From Candidatus Gastranaerophilaceae bacterium (GTDB lineage: Bacteria; Cyanobacteriota; Vampirovibrionia; Gastranaerophilales; Gastranaerophilaceae), in assembly GCA_031547505.1 (NCBI GenBank), contig JAVBRY010000225.1:1-38169 (forward strand): 38,169 bases of DNA, given 5' to 3'. The position numbers were made by a program, and so were the translations under genes. Shown piece by piece: positions 15,933 to 25,501 of this stretch. Positions within the stretch are counted from its first letter, which is position 1, and every line of letters begins with the position of its first letter. A model generated the notes under the pieces. It searched no databases. It worked only from the letters and a program-made list of their open reading frames with translations, and had not been told where the DNA came from.

Positions 15933-18083
15933 CTAATATCCCGGAGGTTTTGAACCGTAAGGCATTAACATGTTGTTCAACATACCCGGCACCGGTGAAT
16001 AATCGCCATATTCTTTAACAGACATATCCATAGGATCTTCAACCTTTTTAGGTACTTTTTGATTTACATGTTGGAGAGGAGCTTTTGTTGCTTTCTTTGA
16101 ATCTTTTTGGTCAGAAGATTTTCCGATGTTTGTCGGGTCGTTTATGATCAAACGTTCAAACTCAACATTCGAATTTTCTGTACCGAGTGCAATATTAAAA
16201 CCTAAAGTCGTGGTTTGTCTAAATGCGTCATAGCCAATCATTACTTTAAAATCATCCGGTCCGACAACAGCATAAAATCTGTTTTCCTGGAACATTTTAT
16301 CGTTAGGAGTGCTTGAAAGCGCAAGTGTTGCAGCATACATAATAGTCAGATATTTGTTTATTCTCAAAGACTCACCTACCTGCACACTGGATTTTCCGTA
16401 GAAGAATTGATCAAACCAGAATGGTGTTTCTCCTGCTTCTCCACCGATGTAATACGCAACATATTGGTTCCAATTTTTATATTGAGTTCTGATGTGAGGA
16501 CCGATACGAGCTAGAGCGTATGTGTCACCGGTTCCGTATAAACTAACAGTAGACTGCACTCCTAAACCGAATGATGTTGCAAATTTTGCATCACTGTTTT
16601 TATATTCGTAGATTTCTTTCATAGTTTGGGTTTGCCATCTTAATCTTATTGTAGAAAAATTGCTGTCCCAATCTTTATAAAGACCGCCGGATAGTCTGTT
16701 TTCAAATCTCAATTTTAAATTTTCATCATAGTATGGAGTTGTGTGCATCACTTGCATTCCGTATTTTGGCATCCTGCCACCCATAAACCATTCGTTTAAG
16801 TAAGAGTTTATACCGTACTGACTCGACCATCTTTCATTGAACTGGTGTTTGCCGCGCACAACTATCTTGTCTTTATTAGACATATAACCAAAATCTGTAC
16901 GGTTGTATGCGTTTTGGAATTTAGCCATTGCACCGAATCCAAACTCACTTGCGTAACCTACAGCAGGGCCCATTTTTAATGTAGAACCTTTTGGCAGTTG
17001 GAACACATATCCGGGAGACAGATACATACCAAGGTTTTTCATAGAACCGAATTCAACAATGTTTGTTTCAACAAAACTTTGTTCTTTGTCTGTGTATATT
17101 TTCAGTTCGTTAGATCTTCCGACTTTCAAATCTTTAAGGAAAATATCCGCACCTTTCATAGTAACGACATCATGATCTTTATAGCTGTCTACTACTATTA
17201 CTTTTGTTTTTATTCTCCATTCATTATTGAATTTTTCTTTTATGAAATAATTCTTATCTTCTTCATCGTCGATTAGCGGATTCTCAAGACCAAATATAGA
17301 GCGGCTGATAAATCTGTACATTGTTTTGTCAGTAAAATTAGCAACCCCCTCCATTGCCTCTGTTTTAACTTCATTTACATTGGCAACTTTTGCGCTGATT
17401 TTTATGTTCATATGTTTTAGAACAGGGTTGGTAATCATTGCATTTTCATCATTCAAATTCACCTGCATATAATCACCGTTTAGCTTTTGACCGGCTCTTG
17501 TCAAAGTGACATTGTCATACGCTCTGATAAAATTTGTTTCATGGTTAAAAATAATTTTGTCAGCTGTTAAAACAGACCCTTCTTCTGTGAAGGTAACTTT
17601 TGCATTCCCTATAGCCTCAAATTCGTGCCTCTCAGGGAAATATTCAATAATATCACTATCTACGTTAATGTTTGTTGTGCCCGGTTCATCATCAATAGCC
17701 AGCTGTTCTTTTGTATAGTCTTCTGAACTTTCAACAGTGACTGTGTTTTTTTTCTTTTCAGCCTTCTCTGCTTTTGTTTCGTCAGAATCTTTGTTTCTTT
17801 CTAATATGGAAAAGAACTTTTTGTTCTTTGGTTTTTCGGTTACTGCTTCAGTTTCCGCTGTTTGTGTATTTTCAACAAGAGGCGCAAGTTCCGTTTTTAC
17901 TTCTTCTTGTTTTTTCTTTTTGAAGATAGGGAAAAATACGCTTTTGCGTTCTTGTTCAACAACAGGCTGTTCAATAACACTGTCTGTACCATCAAAATTT
18001 TCCGCAGCTTTAACAGCGCCGCTTAAATGACTGCCTGTTAGTAGTAATAGGAAAACTAGAATTGTAGATGATACTTTTTTCAA
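15933..18083 (-). CDS. LptD/OstA-like outer-membrane protein
   Basis: 716 aa. Signal peptide and an OstA_N-like segment (AIGNAKVTFTEEGSVLTADKIIFNHETNFIRAYDNVTLTRAGQKLNGDYMQVNL). The long aromatic-rich C-terminal region is compatible with a beta-barrel. Confidence 0.55.
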   Translation of the reverse strand: MKKVSSTILVFLLLLTGSHLSGAVKAAENFDGTDSVIEQPVVEQERKSVFFPIFKKKKQEEVKTELAPLVENTQTAETEAVTEKPKNKKFFSILERNKDSDETKAEKAEKKKNTVTVESSEDYTKEQLAIDDEPGTTNINVDSDIIEYFPERHEFEAIGNAKVTFTEEGSVLTADKIIFNHETNFIRAYDNVTLTRAGQKLNGDYMQVNLNDENAMITNPVLKHMNIKISAKVANVNEVKTEAMEGVANFTDKTMYRFISRSIFGLENPLIDDEEDKNYFIKEKFNNEWRIKTKVIVVDSYKDHDVVTMKGADIFLKDLKVGRSNELKIYTDKEQSFVETNIVEFGSMKNLGMYLSPGYVFQLPKGSTLKMGPAVGYASEFGFGAMAKFQNAYNRTDFGYMSNKDKIVVRGKHQFNERWSSQYGINSYLNEWFMGGRMPKYGMQVMHTTPYYDENLKLRFENRLSGGLYKDWDSNFSTIRLRWQTQTMKEIYEYKNSDAKFATSFGLGVQSTVSLYGTGDTYALARIGPHIRTQYKNWNQYVAYYIGGEAGETPFWFDQFFYGKSSVQVGESLRINKYLTIMYAATLALSSTPNDKMFQENRFYAVVGPDDFKVMIGYDAFRQTTTLGFNIALGTENSNVEFERLIINDPTNIGKSSDQKDSKKATKAPLQHVNQKVPKKVEDPMDMSVKEYGDYSPVPGMLNNMLMPYGSKPPGY

Positions 18084-18109
18084 TTAGAGCCTCTTGTTTA
18101 AATATAGTT

Positions 18110-19222
18110 TTAGATATAATTCATTGGATTTTGCGGTTTACCGTCAACCCTTACCTCAAAGTGGCAATGAGGACCTGTGCTGTAGCCGGTTGAGCCTTCG
18201 TAACCTAACGTTTGACCTTTAGATACGGAATCTCCTGCACTTACGATATAATTGGACATATGCGCATACAAAGTTGTTGTTGCTCTACCATTATATAAGC
18301 CATGGTCTACGATTACAACCTTTCCGTAACCCCCGTACCAGCCTGAGTATATGACCTTACCCGAGTTGGAAGCCCTTATTGCACCGCCATTTGGACCGCC
18401 TATGTCAATACCTGTGTGAAATTTGGTCGATTTGAATATCGGGTGAACACGATAGCCAAAAGGCGAAGTTATAGGCCCTGCAATAGGTTTCATAAATCCT
18501 GATGTTACACGGATGGTTGAATCTTTGGTGTTTCGTGTAATCATTTTGCTCAGAGCTTCAGATTGTTTTGCCAGCTCACGCTCTGCTTTTTCATAGTACG
18601 CTCTGTCATTTCTGTATTTTTGAATAGAATCTTCGTTCTTGTTTATTGCCTGCTTGATACTTTGCTGCTCGGAGTTTATTGATTTAATAGAATATGCAAT
18701 AATTGTTTTTTGCTGTTCTATATTATCTCTAAGCGCTCTGATTCGTTGAGATTTGGTTTGCAAGTATGCCAAACGTTTCTTATCTTTTTTAGTTATAACA
18801 TTTTGATAATAAATTCTATCTAAAAACACATTTATGTCTGTAGCCGAAAGAAGCAGATGAAACATACCTTTTCGCTGTTTTTTATAAATCTGGCGGATAC
18901 GTTTTTTTGACTGCAATTGAGTTGAGGAATAATCAGCCATAACATTAGCCAGCTCTCGTTCAGCATTAGCAAGTCGCTCTTCAGCGGTTGTGTATTGTTG
19001 TTTATTTACTTCAAGAGTTTTTGATGCTTTTTCAAGTTTCTGCTGGTTTTTATAGAGTTTGTTTGTTTCCATTGACTCGAGAATTTTGAGTTTTACAACT
19101 TTAGCATGCGTTTCTCTGCGTTTTTTCTCAATCTGATCTGTCGCAAATGTTTCATTTGCACAGATAAATAATATTAAAACTACAGCTGTGAAAGCCTTTA
19201 TATATCGGCTAAAATTGTACAT
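18110..19222 (-). CDS. M23 family metallopeptidase with N-terminal coiled coil (EnvC-like)
   Basis: 370 aa. Signal/anchor sequence and long coiled coil. C-terminal LytM domain with HTGIDI and PHCHFEV metal-binding motifs. Confidence 0.85.
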   Translation of the reverse strand: MYNFSRYIKAFTAVVLILFICANETFATDQIEKKRRETHAKVVKLKILESMETNKLYKNQQKLEKASKTLEVNKQQYTTAEERLANAERELANVMADYSSTQLQSKKRIRQIYKKQRKGMFHLLLSATDINVFLDRIYYQNVITKKDKKRLAYLQTKSQRIRALRDNIEQQKTIIAYSIKSINSEQQSIKQAINKNEDSIQKYRNDRAYYEKAERELAKQSEALSKMITRNTKDSTIRVTSGFMKPIAGPITSPFGYRVHPIFKSTKFHTGIDIGGPNGGAIRASNSGKVIYSGWYGGYGKVVIVDHGLYNGRATTTLYAHMSNYIVSAGDSVSKGQTLGYEGSTGYSTGPHCHFEVRVDGKPQNPMNYI

Positions 19223-19237
19223 ATTTAATTCCCAAAA

Positions 19238-19345
19238 TTAATTTCCGGATAATAACGCAAAAAGAATCGGGGCAATCATAAACCCGACGAATGTTACAGC
19301 AATTATTATAATAATTATTTTTTGGTTATTTCTGAAAAATTCCAT
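19238..19345 (-). CDS. possible 35-aa single-pass membrane peptide
   Basis: Hand-translated: MEFFRNNQKIIIIIIAVTFVGFMIAPILFALLSGN. Lies just upstream of the M23 gene on the same strand, below the ORF-track size cutoff. No clear RBS. Confidence 0.25.
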   Translation of the reverse strand: MEFFRNNQKIIIIIIAVTFVGFMIAPILFALLSGN

Positions 19346-19668
19346 TAAACTTCTTCCCTACTCATATTCCACAATATCATTCTATATAAAAAAGGCTTTT
19401 TTTACAACTTTGCTCTCACTTGTAACCATGTTGTAATTAGGCTAACGGCTTGAGTTTTGACCTATTAGCGCATTAAAACCAAAACATTAAGTTTGTAAAA
19501 ATTTTTTTTTTCTTTAATAAATCATATTATTTATAAATAAATAAGACTTCGAAATAAATTCGAGGTGAAAAAAATTAGGCTTAAACTTTTTTTTGATTAA
19601 TTTTTAGTTATTTTTTATAACATTTTTTAAATTTTTAAACCCCCTTTTTGCCTCGGAAATTACAACGT

Positions 19669-19697
19669 TTGACATGATAAAACAATAGTTCGATAAT
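19669..19697 (+). promoter_or_regulatory. candidate sigma-70 promoter of glnA
   Basis: TTGACA (19669-19674), 17-nt spacer, GATAAT (19692-19697), about 40 nt upstream of ATG 19739. Confidence 0.4.
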
Positions 19698-19738
19698 AAG
19701 AGTTGTTAATAGTTAATGAAATACGAAAGTGTGAAAAC

Positions 19739-21103
19739 ATGGCACCTGTAAATTACATTCCCGAACATTCAAAAGAATTATCAAACGAAGAAATTAAAAA
19801 ACTTATAAAAGATAATAACGTAACATTTGTCAGAATGCAGTTTGTTGATATTAACGGTCAGGTGAAAAACCTTGCTGCTCCTGCATCGCAAATAGACAAA
19901 ATTTTGAACAACGAGTTTATGCTCGACGGTTCTTCAATAAAAGGGTTCAGAAGCATTGAAACATCGGACATGTATTTTTATCCGGACAGAAAAACTTTTG
20001 CGATTCTGCCTTGGAGATGCAAAGAAGAAGGCAACGTAGCAAGAATCATTTGCGATATCTATAATTCAGACGGCACACCGTTTGAAGGCTGTCCAAGATG
20101 TAACTTAAAACGTGTAATCAAAGAAGCACAAGAACTCGGCTATGTTATGAATGTCGGACCTGAAGCGGAATTTTTCTTGTTTAAAAGAGATGCAAACAAA
20201 CGTGCAACAACGACCAGCCACGACAAAGCAGGATATTACGGCGTCGGACCTGACGATATGGGTGAAGATATCAGAGCAGAAATTATCTATACACTCCAGA
20301 AAATGGGCTTTGATATTGAAGCGAGCCACCATGAATCCGCTCCCGGTCAGCATGAGATTGATTTTAAATATTCGGATGCACTGACCTGTGCGGATAATAT
20401 AATTACTTTTAAATATGCAGTTAAGGCGATTGCTTCAAAACACGACCTGCATGCAACCTTTATGCCAAAACCGATTTACGGGGTTAACGGCTCCGGTATG
20501 CACTGTAATATCTCTTTGGCAAAAGACGGAAAAAATGCTTTTCTTGATGAATCAAGAGCATTCTCGCTTTCACAAGAGGCTCTTTGGGTCATTGGCGGCT
20601 TGTTAGATAACGTAAAGGCTTTCACTGCAATAACAAACCCTATGGTGAACAGCTACAAAAGACTCGTTCCGGGCTACGAAGCGCCTGTGTATCTTGCCTG
20701 GTCAAACGCAAACAGAAGTGCGTTGATTAGAGTTCCTGCAAAAAAAGGTCCTGCAACAAGAGTCGAACTTCGTTCACCTGACCCGAGCTGTAATCCGTAT
20801 TTGGCTATGGCTGTTCTTTTGCAGTCTGCAATGGATGGCTTAAAGTTCAAAAAAGAACCGACTCTGCCTGTTGAAAACAATATCTATGATATGACTGACA
20901 AAGAAAGAAAGAGAAGCAAAATAGATGCTCTTCCGGGCAGTTTGATTGAAGCTTTGCAGCTTATGGAAAAGAACGAAGTTGTAAAAGCAGCACTGGGCGA
21001 GCATATATACAACGAATTCTTGACAGCTAAATACAAAGAATGGGATGATTTCAGAACCCATGTTACACAGTGGGAAATCGACAGGTACTTAGAGAGATTC
21101 TAG
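19739..21103 (+). CDS. glnA: type I glutamine synthetase
   Basis: GS beta-grasp and catalytic domains (FMPKP, NGSGMHCN, SYKRLVPGYEAP, RVP...R.ELRSPD). ATG 19739 is preferred over TTG 19703. Confidence 0.95.
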   Translation: MAPVNYIPEHSKELSNEEIKKLIKDNNVTFVRMQFVDINGQVKNLAAPASQIDKILNNEFMLDGSSIKGFRSIETSDMYFYPDRKTFAILPWRCKEEGNVARIICDIYNSDGTPFEGCPRCNLKRVIKEAQELGYVMNVGPEAEFFLFKRDANKRATTTSHDKAGYYGVGPDDMGEDIRAEIIYTLQKMGFDIEASHHESAPGQHEIDFKYSDALTCADNIITFKYAVKAIASKHDLHATFMPKPIYGVNGSGMHCNISLAKDGKNAFLDESRAFSLSQEALWVIGGLLDNVKAFTAITNPMVNSYKRLVPGYEAPVYLAWSNANRSALIRVPAKKGPATRVELRSPDPSCNPYLAMAVLLQSAMDGLKFKKEPTLPVENNIYDMTDKERKRSKIDALPGSLIEALQLMEKNEVVKAALGEHIYNEFLTAKYKEWDDFRTHVTQWEIDRYLERF

Positions 21104-21115
21104 AAAGATTCCGAT

Positions 21116-21961
21116 ATGGCAAAAATTAACTTCACAAAAATGAACGGGCTGGGGAATGACTTTCTTCTTTTCAGCGCTGAAGAATTCAATAAGATTAAAA
21201 ACAAATTTCCCGAACTCGCAATAAAATTATGCGACAGAAGATTCGGTATAGGTGCAGACGGTTTGTTTGCAGTAAATCATAGCCCGCTGCAAGGTGATAT
21301 CGGCTGGATATTCTACCAGTCAGACGGCTCTACTGCTCAAATGTGCGGGAATGGTATGCGTTGTTTTGCAAAGTATATCTACGACAAAGGTTATATGACC
21401 AAAAAACAGTTTTCTGTTGAAACCGCTGCCGGCTTGATTATCCCTGAAATTGTGGATGACGGTATGGTGAAAGTTAATATGTCTAAACCAATCCTCGAAC
21501 CTGCAAAAATTCCTTTTAAGGGAGAAACAAATTTAAACTGTAAATTACAGCTCAACGGTGAAATATTTACCGTTAATGCAGTCAGCATGGGCAATCCGCA
21601 CTGTATAATCTTCACAGATGCTGATACAAAAGAGCTTGCACTGAAATACGGGCCCGCCATCGAAGTCCATCCGATGTTCCCTGAAAAAACAAATGTTGAA
21701 TTCACAAAAGTAATTTCCAGAAACGAAATCACTATTGACGTTTGGGAAAGAGGATGCGGAATAACCTTTGCCTGCGGTACGGGAGCATGCGCGGCTGCTG
21801 TTGCTGCAATAATGAACGGACTTTGCGACAACAAAGTAAAAGTTAATCTTCCCGGCGGTCCATTGATTATTGAATGGGCGGGCAATTCACAAAACACAGA
21901 TTTTGATGTATTTATGACAGGAAGTGCCGACTATAATTTCGAAGGCGTGATAGAGATATAA
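21116..21961 (+). CDS. dapF: diaminopimelate epimerase
   Basis: 281 aa. FTKMNGLGNDF start with catalytic Cys motifs MCGNG and ACGTGA. Confidence 0.93.
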   Translation: MAKINFTKMNGLGNDFLLFSAEEFNKIKNKFPELAIKLCDRRFGIGADGLFAVNHSPLQGDIGWIFYQSDGSTAQMCGNGMRCFAKYIYDKGYMTKKQFSVETAAGLIIPEIVDDGMVKVNMSKPILEPAKIPFKGETNLNCKLQLNGEIFTVNAVSMGNPHCIIFTDADTKELALKYGPAIEVHPMFPEKTNVEFTKVISRNEITIDVWERGCGITFACGTGACAAAVAAIMNGLCDNKVKVNLPGGPLIIEWAGNSQNTDFDVFMTGSADYNFEGVIEI

Positions 21962-21990
21962 ATATAGATATAGTCATTACTTTGAATTGT

Positions 21991-22166
21991 GTCGCCGCCC
22001 CGGGCATTATCTGTGCAAAATGTCATACAAATAAGTTTTACGGGGTCTCATAAAAGCATAATTTTCTCAAGACTTGTGTCGTACTATTCCAACAATGAAA
22101 AACAAGTGTATGAGATCCCGTAAGGAACGATTGTAGTGTCATTCAATATTTAATGCCCGGGACGGC
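21991..22166. repeat. GC-rich-terminus hairpin element (C-type)
   Basis: Termini gtcgccgccccgggcatta ... taatgcccgggacggc. Internal stem TTACGGGGTCTCATA ... TATGAGATCCCGTAA. Confidence 0.8.
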
Positions 22167-22208
22167 AAAAATTGTTAATATATACTTGAAAATGCAAAGA
22201 AAAAACAA

Positions 22209-23174
22209 ATGAAAATACTAGAAGTAAAAAATTTGAATATAGGGTTCAACTTCATGGACGGCTTCAGACAGGCAATCCATGACGTAAGCTTTGATTTGGA
22301 AAAAGGCGAAACACTGGCTATTGTGGGCGAATCAGGAAGCGGAAAAACCCTTTCCTCTATGGCGATAATTAACCTATTGCCCGAAAACTCTGTCCTAAAA
22401 GGCGGTGAGGTCTTTTACAATAACCAGGACCTTCTAAAAATGTCTAAACCCCAAATCCAAAAAATCAGAGGCAAAAAGATTGCGCTGATTCCACAAGACC
22501 CTATGACATCTTTGAATCCCTTGTATACCATAGGAAACCAGCTTTTAGAAATTATTGAAATCCATCAGGGCATTAAAGGTAAAGAGGCGCAAGAGATTGC
22601 TATAAAGGCTCTTGAACAGGTGAAAATTCCCGATGCCCGCGAGAAGATGAAAGCATATCCGCATGAATTTTCAGGCGGGATGAAACAGCGTGTTATTATT
22701 GCGATGGCATTGGCGTGTAATGCGGAGATTATTATCGCAGATGAGCCGACGACTGCTCTGGATGTTACTGTTCAGGCACAGATTATGGAAATTCTTCGCG
22801 ATATTAAAAAGAATTCTGAGATTTCAATAATTTTAATCACGCACGATATGGGAATAGTTGCCCAAAATGCGGACAAAATTGCGGTTATGTATGCGGGACG
22901 GATTGTTGAACTTGCGACGAAAGAAAAACTTTTCAAAGACCCGAAACACCCTTATACACAGGCTCTTCTTCATGTAATTCTGGATATAAATTCTGAAACT
23001 ATTGAAACCATTGGCGGCCACCCGCCTTCAATTATGGATGATATAAAAGGCTGTCCGTTCTACCCCAGATGCCCGAAGGGTTTTGAAATTTGCCCTACGG
23101 CAAATCCTGATTTGAAAGAACTCTCAAATGGAACAGATTTGGGTACAAAAGTGGCGTGTTATTTGTATAGGTAG
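22209..23174 (+). CDS. oligopeptide/dipeptide ABC transporter ATP-binding protein (OppD/DppD type)
   Basis: Walker A GESGSGKT, signature FSGGMKQR, Walker B IIIADEPT, and a C-terminal oligo_HPY-like Cys-containing tail. Confidence 0.9.
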   Translation: MKILEVKNLNIGFNFMDGFRQAIHDVSFDLEKGETLAIVGESGSGKTLSSMAIINLLPENSVLKGGEVFYNNQDLLKMSKPQIQKIRGKKIALIPQDPMTSLNPLYTIGNQLLEIIEIHQGIKGKEAQEIAIKALEQVKIPDAREKMKAYPHEFSGGMKQRVIIAMALACNAEIIIADEPTTALDVTVQAQIMEILRDIKKNSEISIILITHDMGIVAQNADKIAVMYAGRIVELATKEKLFKDPKHPYTQALLHVILDINSETIETIGGHPPSIMDDIKGCPFYPRCPKGFEICPTANPDLKELSNGTDLGTKVACYLYR

Positions 23175-23199
23175 GTGAATATCAAACAATTGTGAGTTC

Positions 23200-23414
23200 T
23201 GTCCCTCGCCCCTTGGGGAGAGGGTAGTTTTTTCGACTTGAGCAATTTTGCGAAAGTCTGAAAAACGGATGAGGGGTTTTTAGTAGATACAAATAACTTT
23301 TACCCCTCACACATTTTTCTAATGCTCAACCATGTCTCGCATTGAAAAATTTCTCACCTCTCACAAAACTTGCCATTTAGGCAACTTTTGCTCGGCAGAG
23401 TCCAAGGGGCGAGA
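23200..23414. repeat. composite GC-rich hairpin element (D-type)
   Basis: Long-range inverted termini CTCGCCCCTTGG ... CCAAGGGGCGAG. Internal stem GAGGGGT...ACCCCTC. Module acctctcacaaaa-hairpin-ttttgctcggcagag. Confidence 0.7.
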
Positions 23415-23442
23415 ATATTTTATAAATATAGAAAATCCTCCA

Positions 23443-25344
23443 TTACCTCATCGCAGTAGTCGGCTTCGAACGTTTTGGCTTGCGTTTCTTTTTCTCTTTA
23501 CCTGATGCAGGCGCTTGAGACGGAGTGGGTGCGTCTTTAACTTTTACCGAAGTTTCTTTAAATACACTTGTTAAAAGAACATCTGTGTATTTTGTATCAA
23601 GGTGCGCATAATCGAACATAATCACACCTGAAGATTTTTGTTTTCTGCTCTGATGTATCTGACGAAGCAGGTCATCCGGGTTTCCGTTCATAAATGCGAC
23701 AAACAATCCCGGATAGATTTTTGTTCTCAGACTTGAATTCACTCTTATATCGTTGATTAAATAATCTGCAGTACCGCTGTCACAGGTGAGAATCAAAGGG
23801 GTGAAACCATCTACGTAGTTGTATGTAGACCAGGTTTTCCAGTCTTGCATTTTGACTTCCATACTTTTTATACGGTCAGGGAAAATTACTGCCGTAAGGG
23901 TCACGCCGTATTTTGATGTGAGTTGTTTTGATTTGAATACAAAACTCGTAACCTTGTCCTGACGGTATTTTGCCCATTTGTTCCAGATTTCGTTGCCGTA
24001 TTTTACGTCGATTGGGTCAACACCTGCTGCCCGTATGAATTCTTCGCGTGCATATTCTGTGTAACCCCAGTTTGTCATATCATATCCGGCAAAACGTGCG
24101 CTGATAGACTGCGGGTATCTTATGTAGTCTAAATTTATTCCGTCTGGTTGGTAAGTTATAAGAATTTCTTCTAATAGTTCGAGCAAAAACGTCTGCACTT
24201 CTGCGTTTGCAGGGTCGAGAAAATACCCGTTATGCTCGGACAATGATGCTACAGGAACGGTAGAATCATATTTTGCTTTTGTCTTGTTTGCCCATTTTGG
24301 GTATACGTTGATTACGTTTCTCGGGTTGTTCAAAGGGTTTTCGTTGCCTGCATAAAAACTTTCAAACCAGATATGAAGCTTCATCCCTTTTTTGTGTGAT
24401 TCTTCAACCCATACTTTCAAGGGGTCAAAGTCTTTGTATTCATCTCTTTGTATTTGAACACCGTACTTTTCCATGGTCTTGCTCGGGAAGATGGTTTTGC
24501 CCTGATAGTAGGTTTCTAAAAATACATTATTTATACCGTATGATTTAATTTTATCTAGTGTTTTGCTTATTTCATCGGCAGTAGTTTCTTTCGGACGAAT
24601 CCAAACTCCTTTGAACTCATCTTTGTAGTATGGAAGCGCATATTCCATAGCTTTGGTGGCGTTGGCAATAGCTTCAGCCGAGTATTTTTGAGTATCTTGC
24701 GGTTTCTTTTCTGCTTTTTTCAAGCTGTCTATGGCTTTTTCGACATAGTTTTGAGATGTTTTCCCGTTGTAATAAATATCATTGTCACGGTAGTACCTCA
24801 TCATTTTGTCGACTTCTTTGATTTTTTCTTTTGTTGCATAAAGGAAACTGTCATTTGTGAGATAGGCATTCAGAGTACAGGTTTCCATATCAACATATAT
24901 TTTTGAGCCTACGATGAGGTTTTGATTTATCCAGGTTTTTGCTTTACCGTGTCCGCTTATAACAAAACCGTTTTTTGGAATAATAGTATCTGCACCGCTC
25001 AATTGAACCACAGTATTGTCAATAACTACTGCCTCAGCGCCGAATTCATTTGTCCCTGTTCTTAAACTATTTTTTGAAGTGTAGACAATAAGCTGGTTAT
25101 TTCCTCTTCCGCCCGGGTAGAAACTTCCTTTGAAATTATTTGTAGCAGTAGGATTTATGCAGTCGATTTTTATACAAGACTCTTTTAAGATACCCTCTGC
25201 AGGCGGTGCTGTAGTCAAGGGAGTGATTTCCAGCGCAGTCGAAGGTGCAGCCGGCGTAGATACAGGTGTATCAGGTGCCGCAAATGTGCTTAGCCCTGTA
25301 AATATAAACGTAATAATTAATAAGTTAGCGATAATCTTTTTCAT
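23443..25344 (-). CDS. glycoside hydrolase-like family 10 (GHL10, YddW/YngK-like) exported protein
   Basis: 633 aa with signal peptide. The segment FKGVWIRP ... NNVFLETYYQG ... GMKLHIWFE ... YFLDPANAEVQ ... GINLDYIRYP is typical of GHL10. Lys/Arg-rich C-terminal tail. Confidence 0.75.
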   Translation of the reverse strand: MKKIIANLLIITFIFTGLSTFAAPDTPVSTPAAPSTALEITPLTTAPPAEGILKESCIKIDCINPTATNNFKGSFYPGGRGNNQLIVYTSKNSLRTGTNEFGAEAVVIDNTVVQLSGADTIIPKNGFVISGHGKAKTWINQNLIVGSKIYVDMETCTLNAYLTNDSFLYATKEKIKEVDKMMRYYRDNDIYYNGKTSQNYVEKAIDSLKKAEKKPQDTQKYSAEAIANATKAMEYALPYYKDEFKGVWIRPKETTADEISKTLDKIKSYGINNVFLETYYQGKTIFPSKTMEKYGVQIQRDEYKDFDPLKVWVEESHKKGMKLHIWFESFYAGNENPLNNPRNVINVYPKWANKTKAKYDSTVPVASLSEHNGYFLDPANAEVQTFLLELLEEILITYQPDGINLDYIRYPQSISARFAGYDMTNWGYTEYAREEFIRAAGVDPIDVKYGNEIWNKWAKYRQDKVTSFVFKSKQLTSKYGVTLTAVIFPDRIKSMEVKMQDWKTWSTYNYVDGFTPLILTCDSGTADYLINDIRVNSSLRTKIYPGLFVAFMNGNPDDLLRQIHQSRKQKSSGVIMFDYAHLDTKYTDVLLTSVFKETSVKVKDAPTPSQAPASGKEKKKRKPKRSKPTTAMR

Positions 25345-25501
25345 GTTTTTACTTTAATATTAAACTCAATCTCATTCTCCTTATTATATATTACGGTAAA
25401 AAAAAATATTTGTTTATTAATAAATCATTAAAATAAGCTAATTAATGCAGAATTTGTATTATTATTAATCTATAGACTCAAAATACTTCCGGAGAGGTTT
25501 A

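Noticed and set aside
19350-19738. Search for an NtcA site (GTA-N8-TAC), a TnrA/GlnR site or a glutamine-riboswitch-like fold upstream of glnA.
   Set aside because: I found no convincing match by eye. Only a generic sigma-70-like promoter could be supported. A covariance-model scan would be needed to exclude a riboswitch.
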